A stretch of 64,000 nt of DNA from an uncultured Acidobacteriota bacterium (GTDB lineage: Bacteria; Acidobacteriota; JAQAZP01): assembly GCA_963836075.1 (NCBI GenBank), contig CAWIIB010000009.1, positions 480,001 to 544,000 of the forward strand, written 5' to 3'. A program made the translations under genes and the position numbers. The notes under the pieces were generated by a model, which was not told the DNA's origin, did not search any database, and saw only the letters and a program-made list of their open reading frames with translations. Positions 46,532 through 57,419 of the stretch are shown here, piece after piece (position 1 is the first letter of the stretch; each line of letters opens with the position of its first letter).

Positions 46532-47848
46532 GTGTCCCAGGCCCCGAAAAAAGAACTGACCCTCTTCGACTGCACCTGCCTGACGGTGGGGATCATCATC
46601 GGCGCCGGTCTGTACCAGATGGCGCCGGACATCGCCCGCGGGGCCGGCAGCGGCTGGGGAGTGATGGCCCTCTGGGCGGCGGGCGGGCTGATCTCGCTCT
46701 TCGGGGCCCTGGGCTACGCTGAGCTGGCCAGCGCCTGGCCCCGCCACGGCGGTGACTTCGTCTATCTCAGCAAGGCCTACGGCCCGTGGGCCGGATTCCT
46801 CTTCGGCTGGATCCAGACGGTGATCGTCCGGCCCAGCGACATTGCCATCATGGCCTTTGCCTTTGCCATGTATGGCCGGGAGATCTGGGACCCCTTTGCC
46901 GGGACTTCATTCGCGTACGGTGACCAGGTCTTCGCCGGCTGCGCGGTGCTGGCGATGACCGCGATCAACATCATCGGCGTGCGGGAGGGCAAGTGGACCC
47001 AGAACCTGCTGACCACGGTGAAGGTCGTCGGCCTGCTGGTGATCATCGGCGCGGCGCTGGCCGCGCCGGCGCAGGAGAAGGGGGCGGCGGCCACCGGCTT
47101 CGACCCCATGCCGCTGAGCGTGGCGCTGATCCTGGTCCTCTTCACCTTTGGCGGCTGGAACGAGATGGCTTTCGTTGCCGCCGAAGTGCGCGACCCCAAA
47201 CGGAACATCGTGCGCGCCCTGGTGCTGGGCACCGTGGTGGTCACCCTGCTCTACCTGCTGGCCAACGCCGCCTTCCTGCACAGCCTGGGCTACGAGGGCA
47301 TGGCCTCCTCCGGGGCGGTGGCGGTGGACGCGGTCTCCGGTCTCTTCCCCGCCGCCGGCGGCCGGCTGATCAGCCTGCTGATCAGCATCTCGGCCCTCGG
47401 CGCGGTGAACGGCCTGATCTTTGCCGGGGGCCGGATCTCTTTTGCCGTGGGCTCCGAGCACCGGGCCTTCAGGGTTCTCGGCCGCTGGAACCCGCGCACC
47501 GGCACGCCGGTCCGCTCGCTGCTGCTCCAGGCCGCGGTGGCCATGGCCCTGATCATCGCCCTCGGTTCCTTCGTCAACACCATCCTCTACATGGCGGCCG
47601 CGGTCTACAGCTTCTACCTCGCCACCAGCCTCGCCGTCTTTGTTCTGCGCCGCAAGGAACCGCATGTGGAGCGCCCGTATCGCGTGGCCGGCTATCCCTG
47701 GCCGACGCTGATCTTCTCGGCGGTGTGCCTCTTCCTGATCTACAGCGCCGTGGCCTACCGCCCGCTGATCGCGGCCAGCTCCTGTGCCCTGCTGCTGGCG
47801 GGATACCCGGTCTATTGGCTCACCACCCACGACCCGCAACGAACTTAA
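46532..47848 (+). CDS. APC family amino acid permease
   Basis: GIIIGAG, YAELASAWP..GGDFVYL, FTFGGWN, RPYRVAGYP. Confidence 0.92.
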   Translation: MSQAPKKELTLFDCTCLTVGIIIGAGLYQMAPDIARGAGSGWGVMALWAAGGLISLFGALGYAELASAWPRHGGDFVYLSKAYGPWAGFLFGWIQTVIVRPSDIAIMAFAFAMYGREIWDPFAGTSFAYGDQVFAGCAVLAMTAINIIGVREGKWTQNLLTTVKVVGLLVIIGAALAAPAQEKGAAATGFDPMPLSVALILVLFTFGGWNEMAFVAAEVRDPKRNIVRALVLGTVVVTLLYLLANAAFLHSLGYEGMASSGAVAVDAVSGLFPAAGGRLISLLISISALGAVNGLIFAGGRISFAVGSEHRAFRVLGRWNPRTGTPVRSLLLQAAVAMALIIALGSFVNTILYMAAAVYSFYLATSLAVFVLRRKEPHVERPYRVAGYPWPTLIFSAVCLFLIYSAVAYRPLIAASSCALLLAGYPVYWLTTHDPQRT

Positions 47849-47918
47849 TTAGTTACCTGTCCCCTAATTAAGGAGTGAATTGATTAATTTACTAAATCAG
47901 GGGACAGGTAACTAATTA
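47846..47918. repeat. Element with perfect 20-bp inverted repeats (TAATTAGTTACCTGTCCCCT)
   Basis: 47846-47865 is the exact reverse complement of 47899-47918; overlaps the permease stop codon. Confidence 0.85.
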
Positions 47919-48029
47919 GCACAGCCTCTTCATTCGATGGCCCGAACCCTTGTAAGATATGGTCGATTTCCTGAAGTTGACCGCTCCTGAGGAGAGATTG
48001 GTGTTATCCAGAGCATTCCTCCTCCACTA

Positions 48030-49817
48030 TTGCTCAGCGCACTGCTGCTGCTCGCCGGCTGCGGCGGACGGAGCAATCGGCCGCTCCCGGAACAGCGACG
48101 GCAGCAGAAGGCCGGGCCGAACCTCCTGCTGATCACCCTCGACACCGCCCGGGCCGACCGCCTCGGTTGTTACGGCTACCAGAAGGCGGCCACTCCGAAC
48201 ATCGACCGGCTGGCCGTTGATGGTGTGCTCTTCGAGAAGGCCTTCACCCCGGTTCCGCTCACCGTCTCCTCCCACGCCTCGATCTTCACCGGCTGCTACC
48301 CCCCGCACCACGGCGTACACACCAACGACGAAAAGCTCCTCGACGAGCCGAACCTCTGCCTGGCGGAGATGCTCGAGGCCAGGGGATACCACACCGCGGC
48401 GTTTCTCGGTGCGGCGGTGCTGCACCGTGATTCCGGAATGGCCCAGGGATTCGAGACATACTTCGACGACTTCTCGGCCGCGGGGCCGGCCAGGGCGGCG
48501 GCCTCGCCGGAGAAGTCTGCCGCAGAGGTGGTCGACCCGGCGATCCTCTGGCTGCTGCAGGAGGTGGAGGCTCCGTTCTTTCTCTGGATCCACCTCTTCG
48601 ACCCCCACCGCCCCTTCCAGGCGCCGGCGACCTTCGCCGCCCGCGGGTCGGGTGACCCGTATGACGCCGAGATCACCTACAGCGACCACTGGATCGGCGA
48701 ACTGCTCACAGCCCTGCGCGTGTCGGGCCACCGCGACAACACGGTGGTGGCCTTTCTCTCCGACCACGGGGAGGGCCTGGGTGACCACGACGAGACGGCC
48801 CACGGTTTCTTCATCTACGACAGCACGCTCCACGTGCCCCTGATCATCTCCGCGCCGGGCCTGCTCCCCCGGGGTGAGCGGATCGAACCGCTGGTGCGGA
48901 CCGTGGATCTGGCCCCCACCCTGCTCGACCTGCTGGGCGTCCCGGTTCCCGCAGGGATGCACGGGACGAGCCTCAAGCCGCTGATCGACGGGGCGCCGGA
49001 CCAGCCGCGGGAGCTCTACGCCGAGACCTACTACCCGGCCACCTCCTTCGGCTGGAGCCCGCTGCTCGGCCTGCGCACCGCGGAGCGCAAGGCGATCCTC
49101 GCCCCGCGTCCCGAGTATTACCTGCTGGAGGAGGACGGCGGCGAGACCGTTGACCGCTACGCGGAGATGCCCGGGGAGGCGGCCGGTCTGCTGGCCCGCC
49201 TGGAGGCCCGGGTGCCGCAGCTGGAACGGGAGGGGGTCAGCCAGACACGGCTGCTGGATGAACAGAGCCGGGAGATGCTCCGCGCCCTGGGCTACCTCAC
49301 CGGCGATTCGGCACCGCCCCTGGAGGCAGGCGAGGCACTGCCCGACCCCAAGGACCGGATCGAGGTGGTGAACCGGCTGGAGCTGGCCGTGGAGTTGATG
49401 GGACAGAACCGCCACGCCGACGCAGTGGGGATCCTGGAGGAACTGGCCGCCGAGGAACCGGACAGCGGGATCATTCACAACCTGCTGGGTGAATCTTTGC
49501 TGGTCACCCGCCGCTATGCCAAGGCCGCCCGGGTCTACCGCCGACTCAGCCGGCTGACCCCCGATGATCCCATCCCGCTGGTCAACCTCGGCTCCCTTTC
49601 CTTCATGGACAAGGAATACGACAAGGCGGCCGCCTATTTTGAGCAGGCCCTCGAGCTTTCGCCCCGCCAGGTGGAGGCGCTGCTCAACCTCGGCTACCTC
49701 AATCACCAGAAGTTGGGCAACCGGCAAAAGGCCCGCGAATACTACGGCCGCTTCCTCGAGGCCGCACCCAACGACCCGCAGGCACCGAAGATCCGGTCGC
49801 TGCTCGACATGCTCTAG
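48030..49817 (+). CDS. Sulfatase-like hydrolase lipoprotein with C-terminal TPRs
   Basis: LLLAGC lipobox, NLLLITLDTARADR, HLFDPH, SDHGE, TPR repeats. Confidence 0.9.
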   Translation: MLSALLLLAGCGGRSNRPLPEQRRQQKAGPNLLLITLDTARADRLGCYGYQKAATPNIDRLAVDGVLFEKAFTPVPLTVSSHASIFTGCYPPHHGVHTNDEKLLDEPNLCLAEMLEARGYHTAAFLGAAVLHRDSGMAQGFETYFDDFSAAGPARAAASPEKSAAEVVDPAILWLLQEVEAPFFLWIHLFDPHRPFQAPATFAARGSGDPYDAEITYSDHWIGELLTALRVSGHRDNTVVAFLSDHGEGLGDHDETAHGFFIYDSTLHVPLIISAPGLLPRGERIEPLVRTVDLAPTLLDLLGVPVPAGMHGTSLKPLIDGAPDQPRELYAETYYPATSFGWSPLLGLRTAERKAILAPRPEYYLLEEDGGETVDRYAEMPGEAAGLLARLEARVPQLEREGVSQTRLLDEQSREMLRALGYLTGDSAPPLEAGEALPDPKDRIEVVNRLELAVELMGQNRHADAVGILEELAAEEPDSGIIHNLLGESLLVTRRYAKAARVYRRLSRLTPDDPIPLVNLGSLSFMDKEYDKAAAYFEQALELSPRQVEALLNLGYLNHQKLGNRQKAREYYGRFLEAAPNDPQAPKIRSLLDML

Positions 49818-49830
49818 GAACGACGGCTGA

Positions 49831-51132
49831 TCAGAACCGGATGGTGAACTCGGTGAGCCCCGCCTCGCTCCGCTCCAGGCTGAAGTCGAAACCGTGACGG
49901 ATGAGGATCTCGCGGATCAGGGTCAGACCGATGCCCTGGCCTTCCGCCTTGGTGGAGTAGAAGGGAGCGAAGAGGTTCGCCCGGGTCTCGGCGGTGAAGC
50001 CCTCGCCGCTGTCGGCCACCAGCAGCACCGGGCGGCCGCGGTGCAGCGCCAGGCGAACGGTGATCTCACCATCCTCGCCGATGGCCTCCAGCGCGTTCTT
50101 GAAGATGTTGATCAGCACCTGCTCCAGCTGCAGCGGGTCGAGGCTGATCCGGGGCAGCCCGTCCTCCAGCTGCAGGTTCCAGGTCACCCGCCGCCGGGCA
50201 CTCTCCTCCCGCAGCAACAGAGCGACCTCGTTGATCAGCTCCCCGAGGTCGGTTTCCTGCCGGGCCGGTGCGGGCAGGCGGATCACGTCGGCGAAGTTCT
50301 GCATGAACTGGTTCATCCGGCCGGTGCGGCTGATGGCCACGCTGATCGCTCGGACAAAGTCCTCCCGGTCGTCCTCGCCGATCTGGCTGCCGTAGCTGAG
50401 ACAGGAGTCGAGCAGCGAGCCCACCGCGCCGGTGGTGTTGTTCACCTCGTGACTCATCACCCGGATCAGCTTTTCGTACGCCGCCTTCTCGGTTCGGTGC
50501 AGTTCCTCGGTCAGTTCGTCCATCAGCAGAAACCGGCGGGTGAATCCCCGGTCCATGAAGGTCAGCGCCTGGCACTTCACCCGGCGGCGGCCGTCCAGCG
50601 TGAGCACGTCAGCTCCGTCGTCCTCCAGCCGGGACAGGTCCCGGGCAAAGGGACCCAGCTCCGCCAGCGGGCGGCCGGTGAGCTGGTCCCGTTCCCGACC
50701 AAGGAGACGGGCCGCCGCGGCGTTGGCCATGCTCACCCGCCCCTCGAGATCGAGGGTCAGGATGCCGCTTGGCGAACCGCTGATGATCCGGTGAAGGAAG
50801 TGTTCCTGCTCCTCGCTGCGGATCCTCTCCTCGCGGAGATGGTCAGCCATGGCGTTGTAGACCCGGATCAGCGGGTCGAGGTCGCCCTGCCCCACCTCGC
50901 GGAAACGGGTGCCGAACTCGCTGGCCTGGATGAACTCGATGCCGCTGCGAATCAGCCGGATCGGCTCGAAAAGCCGGCGGACCAGCACCAGGCCGGTGAT
51001 GAAGGAGAGGAGGAAGAAGGCTTCCACCGCCAGCAGCCAGGGCCGCTGGTCCCGCAGCAGCCAGACGGTGACCGCGCAGAACACCAGGTGGATGAAGAGG
51101 AGGTAGAGGATGAACTTGGTGCGCAGGCTCAA
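49831..51132 (-). CDS. Membrane PAS sensor histidine kinase
   Basis: Two TMs, MSHEVNN, NIFKNALEA, GQGIGL; TTG start overlaps the regulator stop. Confidence 0.9.
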   Translation of the reverse strand: MSLRTKFILYLLFIHLVFCAVTVWLLRDQRPWLLAVEAFFLLSFITGLVLVRRLFEPIRLIRSGIEFIQASEFGTRFREVGQGDLDPLIRVYNAMADHLREERIRSEEQEHFLHRIISGSPSGILTLDLEGRVSMANAAAARLLGRERDQLTGRPLAELGPFARDLSRLEDDGADVLTLDGRRRVKCQALTFMDRGFTRRFLLMDELTEELHRTEKAAYEKLIRVMSHEVNNTTGAVGSLLDSCLSYGSQIGEDDREDFVRAISVAISRTGRMNQFMQNFADVIRLPAPARQETDLGELINEVALLLREESARRRVTWNLQLEDGLPRISLDPLQLEQVLINIFKNALEAIGEDGEITVRLALHRGRPVLLVADSGEGFTAETRANLFAPFYSTKAEGQGIGLTLIREILIRHGFDFSLERSEAGLTEFTIRF

Positions 51133-52499
51133 AGCTTGATCCCGTATTTCTCCATCCGGCGATACAGCGCCTGACGGCTGAGGCCGAGGGATTCGGCCAC
51201 CCGGGTCAGGTTGCCCCGGTGGTGCTCGATGCTGCGGAGGATCATCGTCTTCTCCATGCCGTCCACGGTCATGCTGCCCACAGGTGGCAGGCCGTTCTTT
51301 GCTGTCTCCCCGCGCTCCATGGCCAGGGTCTCCTCGAAGTGTCCCGGCTGGAGTTCGTCGGCGCCGGTGACCAGCAGGGCGCGCTCGATGAACTGTTTCA
51401 GCTGGCGGATGTTCCCCGGCCACTCCCGGGCCTGGAGCCAGGAAGCGGCCGCCGCGCCAAGGGCTGCCTGGCGGCCGTAGGTCTCCCGGGTCTGATCGAG
51501 GAAGTGCCGGGCCAGCAGCGGGATGTCGTCCCGCCGCTCGGCCAGGGTCGGCAGGTGGATGGTGATCAGGTTGAGCCGGTAGAGCAGGTCCTCGCGAAAA
51601 CGCCCCTCCTCCACCGCCACGGCCAGGTCGCGGTTGGTGGCCGAGATCACCCGCACATCCAGAGTCCTTGTCTCGGATGAGCCGAGCACCTCGTAGGTGC
51701 GGTCCTGCAGCACCCGCAGCATCTTCACCTGGCTGCGCAGGTCGAGATCGCCGATCTCATCGAGCAGGATCGTTCCCCCGTCGGCCACGGCGAAACGCCC
51801 CTCCCGGTCGCGGTGGGCATCGGTGAAAGCGCCGCGGACGTGGCCGAACATCTCGCTCTCGAAGAGCGCCGGAGGAATGCCGCCGAGGTTGACCTTGACA
51901 AAGGGCCCGTCCCGCCGCGGGCTGTTGCGGTGCATCGCCTCGGCGACCACCTCCTTGCCCGTGCCGCTCTCGCCGGTGATCAGCACCGAGGCATCGGTGC
52001 CACTGACCCGGCCCAGAAGGTCGAGGATCTCCATCAGGCGCGGGTCCTCGCCGATCACTCCGGCAAGGTCGAAGCGGCTGTCCAGTTCCGACCGTGAGAG
52101 CGGCGCACCCCCGGTCTGGTCGCCGCCACTGGCCTGCAGGCCCAGCGTGGTTCGCACCGACTGCAGCAGCTGCTGCTTGTTCCACGGCTTGGTGATGAAG
52201 TCGGCGGCGCCGGCCTTCATCCCCTGCACCGCCAGCTCGATGCTGCCCCAGGCGGTGATCAGCAGCACCGGCACCCGGGGGTGGCGGCCCTTGATCGACG
52301 CCAGCAGTTCCAGCCCCTCCTCACCGGTGGTCCGCCGCGAGAAGTTCATGTCCTGGAGCACCAGGCTCACGCCCCCCCTGTCCAGCCGCTCCAGCGCCTC
52401 TTCCGGGGAGGAGACGGACGCCGAGACATGTCCTGCCTGCTTGAGCAGCAGCCCGAGGGAGACGGTGATCGCCTCGTCGTCGTCAATGATCAGGATCAT
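51129..52499 (-). CDS. Sigma-54-dependent response regulator (NtrC family)
   Basis: Receiver, GESGTGKE, GAFTDA, HTH. Confidence 0.93.
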   Translation of the reverse strand: MILIIDDDEAITVSLGLLLKQAGHVSASVSSPEEALERLDRGGVSLVLQDMNFSRRTTGEEGLELLASIKGRHPRVPVLLITAWGSIELAVQGMKAGAADFITKPWNKQQLLQSVRTTLGLQASGGDQTGGAPLSRSELDSRFDLAGVIGEDPRLMEILDLLGRVSGTDASVLITGESGTGKEVVAEAMHRNSPRRDGPFVKVNLGGIPPALFESEMFGHVRGAFTDAHRDREGRFAVADGGTILLDEIGDLDLRSQVKMLRVLQDRTYEVLGSSETRTLDVRVISATNRDLAVAVEEGRFREDLLYRLNLITIHLPTLAERRDDIPLLARHFLDQTRETYGRQAALGAAAASWLQAREWPGNIRQLKQFIERALLVTGADELQPGHFEETLAMERGETAKNGLPPVGSMTVDGMEKTMILRSIEHHRGNLTRVAESLGLSRQALYRRMEKYGIKL

Positions 52500-52574
52500 G
52501 GGTTCACCGATACTGGTCGCTGTGGCTCCCAAAGGAAAATCAATAGCAACATTCTATATCAGACCGGACGGAGG

Positions 52575-52626
52575 TTGGGGATGTACATGAATTTATGAAT
52601 ATTCATAAATTCATGTACGTCCCCAA
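52575..52626. repeat. 52-bp near-perfect palindrome
   Basis: TTGGGGATGTACATGAATTTATGAAT|ATTCATAAATTCATGTACGTCCCCAA, 25/26 paired. Confidence 0.88.
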
Positions 52627-52630
52627 TCCC

Positions 52631-53873
52631 CTATTCATACTGCAGCGCTTCAGCCGGTTCCACGCGGGTGGCCAGCCAGCTGGGGTAGAGCCCGCAGATG
52701 ATGACAAAGAGATACATGCCGACCAGCGAGACCGCCAGGCCAAAGAGATAGGTCGTCGAGGGCACCGAGGGGAAGGCCTCGAAGAAGGGGAACTGGATGA
52801 AGACCAGCGTCCCGGCTGCGGCGGCCACGGTGGTCAGGGCCAGCAGTTCGCCCAGCACCTGGTGCCGCACCTCGCCGCCGGGGGCGCCCACCGCCCGGCG
52901 GAGGCCCCACTCCCGGGTGCGGCGGGTGACGCTCTGCCAGAGCACACCAACCAGGCCGAGGCCGACCATGATGATCAGGAAGACGGCAATCACCGCCCCC
53001 AGGGCCAGTTGCATCAGGCTGTCGCGCAGACGCGACTCGCGCATCGCGGACAGCGTCCGGATGTTGACGATCCAGTCGGGGGCGATCCGGCGGATACCAT
53101 CGACCAGTTCCTCTTCGAAGGCGGCAGTGGTGCCGCTCTGCATCCGCATCAGGTAGGACTCCGCCGGCCGGGCATACTTCTCGGTGGGCATCTCCCGGTG
53201 GGTGAACTGGCAGAAACAATAGGGCTCCAGCTCACCGCGTATCCGCATGTCACTGATCACGCCCACTACCCGGCGTACCGGTTGCTCGTCTTCCTCCTCA
53301 TCTTCCTCGAGGTTTCCCTCTGCGTCGTACTCCAGCACCTCGCGGCCCAGGGGGTCTTCGTCGCCGAACAGGCCCCGGGCGTAGTTGCTGGTGAGGACCA
53401 CCGGGTCCCAGTTCAGCGCCTCGTCGCCCGGTTCGATCCAGCGGCCGGCCAGCAGCTCCAGCCCGAGCACATCCTTCATTGCCGGCAGGACGTCGTTCTG
53501 GTAGATGAACTCGTTGGCGCCATTGATGTTGTTGCTGTATCCCGACATCGATCCGCCAAAGGGGATGTTCCAGTCCACCGGGCTCCAGGCCTCGATCTCC
53601 TCCATCCCGGTGAGCATCAGGTCGAGCTGTTTGCTGGTAGCCCAGGCCTCCGACTTGCCATCCTCGTCCATGCTGCGGTAGGAGGGCGTGTCCAGGTCGA
53701 GATACCAGACCTGCTGATAGTCGTATCCCAGAGGCTGGGTGGTGCTGATCAGGTAGTTGCAGGCGATGGTCAGCACGGTGCAGAGCACCAGGAAGCAGCA
53801 GAAGAGCTCCACCAGGATCAAGTCCGTTGGTCCGCCGGCGGTTCCAGATCAGCTTGAACAGGTGACCGATCAT
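52631..53873 (-). CDS. MacB/FtsX-type ABC permease (frameshift near 53822)
   Basis: LIWNRRRTN, RRTREWGLRRAVGA, PAEALQYE. Confidence 0.88.
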
Positions 53874-55121
53874 CTCGCACCTCCTCGGAGCGCCTCGACC
53901 GGGTGAAGCCGCGACGTGCGCCAGGCAGGGTAAGCGCCCGAGATCAGGCCGAAGAAAAGGGCCAGCCCCAGGGCGTAGAAATAGACCCGGAAGTTCAGAT
54001 GGAACTCGGCGTAGGGGATCAGTCCGGAGCCCTCGGCCACTTCCAGGACGACGGCCGCGCCGGCCAGGGCCAGCAGGCCGCCCACCAGGCAGAGCACCAG
54101 GTTCTCGACGATGAACTGGATCACCAGGTGGACCGACGAGGCGCCGAAAGCCTTGCGCACACCGATCTCCGACGAGCGCTCGATAATTCGGCTGAGGTTG
54201 ATGCTGACCAGGTTCACCGTGGGCAAAAAGAGAAAAGCGGCAACGAGACTGATGATCAGCAGGATCACCCGGTAAACGGGTGGCTCCTTATCATCGGAGG
54301 CGTTGCTCATCCCGACGGCCGCCGTTTCGATCATGGTCATGGCATGGCCCTGCATGGTGTGCCACGGCTCGGTGAACTCCACGTGGGGCAGCCGTGAGTG
54401 GAACTCGGCCTTGATCGCCGGGAAGTCGGCCGTCGAGCCAGCCATCAACAGGCCCAGGTGACCGCTCATCAGCTCGTCACGAAAGCTCTGGGACCGGGCC
54501 GTGCTGTGCGGGGCCCAGATGTCGGCATAGGCGGTGACCCGGGTGATGGAAACGTTTTCCACCACGCCCACCACCCGGTAGCGCTGGCCGTCGGCCTCGA
54601 TAAACTTGCCCAGCGCCGGATCGTCGCCAAAGAAACGGTGGCGCGTGGCCTCGTTGATCACCGCCACCATGTTCGCCTGCTCCTCGTCCTGCCGGGTGAA
54701 CGGCCCGCCCTTCGATGAAATTGAAATCGAGAATCTCCCAGTAGGGTCCATCGGTCTGGCGCAGCTTGGAGACCACCTTCTCGCCGTCGAGAAAACTGGC
54801 CACGTCCTGGTTGGTGGAGCTGATGGAGAACTTTTCCACACCGGGGATGTCGCGGCAATACACGTCGAGAAACTTGTATCCCGGATCCCCGTTCCACATC
54901 GACTGCCGTTCTTCGGTTCCGCCGAGCATTTTCATGCGCGAGACCAGCAGCGTGCGGTCCATGTTCACTTCCGGCGGCAACGGCGCCAGCATGTGGTCGA
55001 GCAGTGCCGAAGCCACCAGCAGCACCATCAGGGTGAACCCCACACCGAAGAGACTGATCGCGGTGAAAAACTTCCGCCGCACCAGAACCTTCAGCGCCAT
55101 CTTGATGTAGTTTTTCAGCAT
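53870..55121 (-). CDS. MacB/FtsX-type ABC permease (frameshift near 54715)
   Basis: RRKFFTAISLFG, ERSSEIGVRKAFGA, PVEALRGG. Confidence 0.88.
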
Positions 55122-55130
55122 GGCATGGCC

Positions 55131-55883
55131 TCACTGCACCTGCCGGCCGTCAAAGAGCCGCACCGTGCGTTGGGTCCGTTCTCCCAACTGCGGGTCGTGG
55201 GTCACCATGATGATGGTGGTGCCCTCGTCCCGGTTGAAGCCCTCCAGCAGCTCCATGATCTCCTCGCCCATGCGGCTGTCCAGGTTGCCGGTGGGCTCGT
55301 CGGCCAGCAGCAGCTGGGGCTTCCCCACGATCGCCCGGGCGATGGCCACCCGCTGCTGCTGCCCGCCGGAGAGCTGGGAGGGGAAGTGGTCCATCCGCGA
55401 CCCCAGTCCCACTTTCTCCAGGGCCTGTCTGGCCGCTTCCCGCCGGTTACCGCTGAACCCGTGCCGGTAGAGCAGCGGGATCTCCACGTTGTCGACCACC
55501 TTGAGGTCGCTGATCAGGTGGAAAGTCTGGAAGATGAACCCAATCTCCTCGTTACGCAGGCGGGCGGTCTCCTTGTCACCGTACCCGGCAATGGAACGGC
55601 CGCCGAGGCTGATCGTCCCCTTGCTCGGCGCGTCCAGCAGTCCGATCACGTTGAGCAGGGTGCTCTTTCCCGAGCCGGAGGGGCCCATCACCGAGATGAA
55701 CTCGCCGTTCCCCACGGTGAGATTGAGATCGCTGAGGGCCACGGTTTCGATCTTGTCCGTGCGGTAGACCTTCTCCACGCCTTGCAGCTCCACCGCCAGA
55801 CCCTTTTTCGGCTCTTCACTGGCCATCACCGGAGGCCGCCTCTCCACCGGTTCCATGCCCAGGACTTGCGTTGCTTTCATCAT
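55131..55883 (-). CDS. ABC transporter ATP-binding protein (LolD/MacB type)
   Basis: GPSGSGKS, LSGGQQQR, LLADEPTGNLD. Confidence 0.95.
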   Translation of the reverse strand: MMKATQVLGMEPVERRPPVMASEEPKKGLAVELQGVEKVYRTDKIETVALSDLNLTVGNGEFISVMGPSGSGKSTLLNVIGLLDAPSKGTISLGGRSIAGYGDKETARLRNEEIGFIFQTFHLISDLKVVDNVEIPLLYRHGFSGNRREAARQALEKVGLGSRMDHFPSQLSGGQQQRVAIARAIVGKPQLLLADEPTGNLDSRMGEEIMELLEGFNRDEGTTIIMVTHDPQLGERTQRTVRLFDGRQVQ

Positions 55884-57124
55884 TTCAGTTTCACCTCCCT
55901 GGCGTGCAGCAGTTTGCTCATATCGGACAGAATCACCTCGTCCCCTTCCGCGAGGCCCTCGATGATCTGGTAGGTTTCAAAATTGGTGATGCCGAACTTC
56001 ACCGGCGTGCGCACCGCCCGGTCGCCGCGGATCACGAAGACGGCCCGACGACCCTCGATGTTGAGGAATGAGCCGCGTTTGATGCGCAGCGTGTCAGCCA
56101 CCCGTTCGGTGACGATGAACACGTCCACCCGCAGGTTGTGGCGCAGGTCGGGGTGCCGGTTCTCATCGAGGTCCACATCCATGGAGACCACACCGTTCTC
56201 CACCGTGGGCCGGACGCTGGCCACCCGGCCGGCCAGCAGCAGGTCACCGGAGCGGACCAGCACCGGCAGGCCGGTGGAGACACGGCCGGCATGAACGTCG
56301 CTCACCGTGGCCTCCACCCGGAAGGCGCTGAGGTCAGCCACCCGGGCGATTTCGTCGCCCCGCCTGACGGCGATGCCCTCGCTGGGCACAACCCAGGTGA
56401 GCACCCCCTCCCGGTCGGCGGCGGTGGAGGCCAGGCGCAGCTGGTGCGCCTGTTCGCCGAGCTCCTTCTCCAGGATCGCCAGCTCCAGGTCGAGGCCCTC
56501 CAGGTCGGTCTTCAGGGCCTGGGCGGCGTGGACCATGGCCTCCTCGATCTGGCGTAGCTCGATGCGGGCCCGCTCGGTGTCGTTCTCCGCCTTGCGCAAC
56601 TCGTCGCGGCTGAAGATCCCCGTGGCCAGGTTATCCCGGCAGCGCTGGGCCTCAAACTCCAGCGACTTCAGCTCCAGGGCCTTGATGTCCCGCTGCCCCT
56701 CCCACTCGTCCACCTTGCGCGCCAGGTCCTCCCGGGCCTTCCGCCGTTCGTTCCGCTTCAGGGCCACCTGGTCCTCCAGCCGGTGGAGGGCCAGCTGCGC
56801 CTCACCGGTGTCCAGCTCCACGATGGGATCCCCCTGGACCAGCCTGTCGCCCGGCTGACGGAGAATCCTGGTCACCCGGCTGTCGATGGGGCTGGTGACT
56901 ACCTGTTCGAAGGCCGGCACAACACTCCCCGACGCGCTGATGGTGGCCTCCACCACGCCCCGGTCCACCAGGGCGGTGCGGATCTCCGCCCGCCGGACCG
57001 AGGGCCGGATCCAGCCGAAGAGGGCCCAGAACGCCGCCAGGACCACCACGGCGCCGACGAGAACGATCCCCACCCGCTTCACCACCCGGCCCCGGCGTTC
57101 ACTGCTGCTGATCTCTCGGTCCAT
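55880..57124 (-). CDS. Efflux periplasmic adaptor (HlyD/MacA-like)
   Basis: N-terminal TM, coiled coil, GLAEGDEVILSD. Confidence 0.88.
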   Translation of the reverse strand: MDREISSSERRGRVVKRVGIVLVGAVVVLAAFWALFGWIRPSVRRAEIRTALVDRGVVEATISASGSVVPAFEQVVTSPIDSRVTRILRQPGDRLVQGDPIVELDTGEAQLALHRLEDQVALKRNERRKAREDLARKVDEWEGQRDIKALELKSLEFEAQRCRDNLATGIFSRDELRKAENDTERARIELRQIEEAMVHAAQALKTDLEGLDLELAILEKELGEQAHQLRLASTAADREGVLTWVVPSEGIAVRRGDEIARVADLSAFRVEATVSDVHAGRVSTGLPVLVRSGDLLLAGRVASVRPTVENGVVSMDVDLDENRHPDLRHNLRVDVFIVTERVADTLRIKRGSFLNIEGRRAVFVIRGDRAVRTPVKFGITNFETYQIIEGLAEGDEVILSDMSKLLHAREVKLK

Positions 57125-57148
57125 GGGAATCCTCCTGCACCGGGATAC

Positions 57149-57253
57149 AGCAAGACCTATGCCAGGAATCAATTCGTTGATATTTAAAGACTTGGATAAA
57201 AGAGGAGGCCGGATTCCGACCGCTTGCGGACGACGGTTGTCCGGAACCGGACA
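57149..57253 (-). promoter_or_regulatory. Sigma-54 promoter, IHF site and enhancer palindrome of the ABC exporter operon
   Basis: TGGCATAGGTCTTGCT on - strand (57149-57164); AATCAATTCGTTG IHF box (57167-57179); TGTCCG-GAAC-CGGACA (57238-57253). Confidence 0.8.
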
Positions 57254-57419
57254 GCTCCCGCCGGAGAGTCGGTCAACAAGGCGGGGAATGGTGCACCCGG
57301 CAGCCGGCTTGACTGGCCGGGAAAGCTGGAGAATACTGGGTCACTTTTGATTGACAGAACCTGCGATGGCGCAACGTTACGACAGCACATCTCAATCTTA
57401 TAAACGGGGAGGAAGAACA

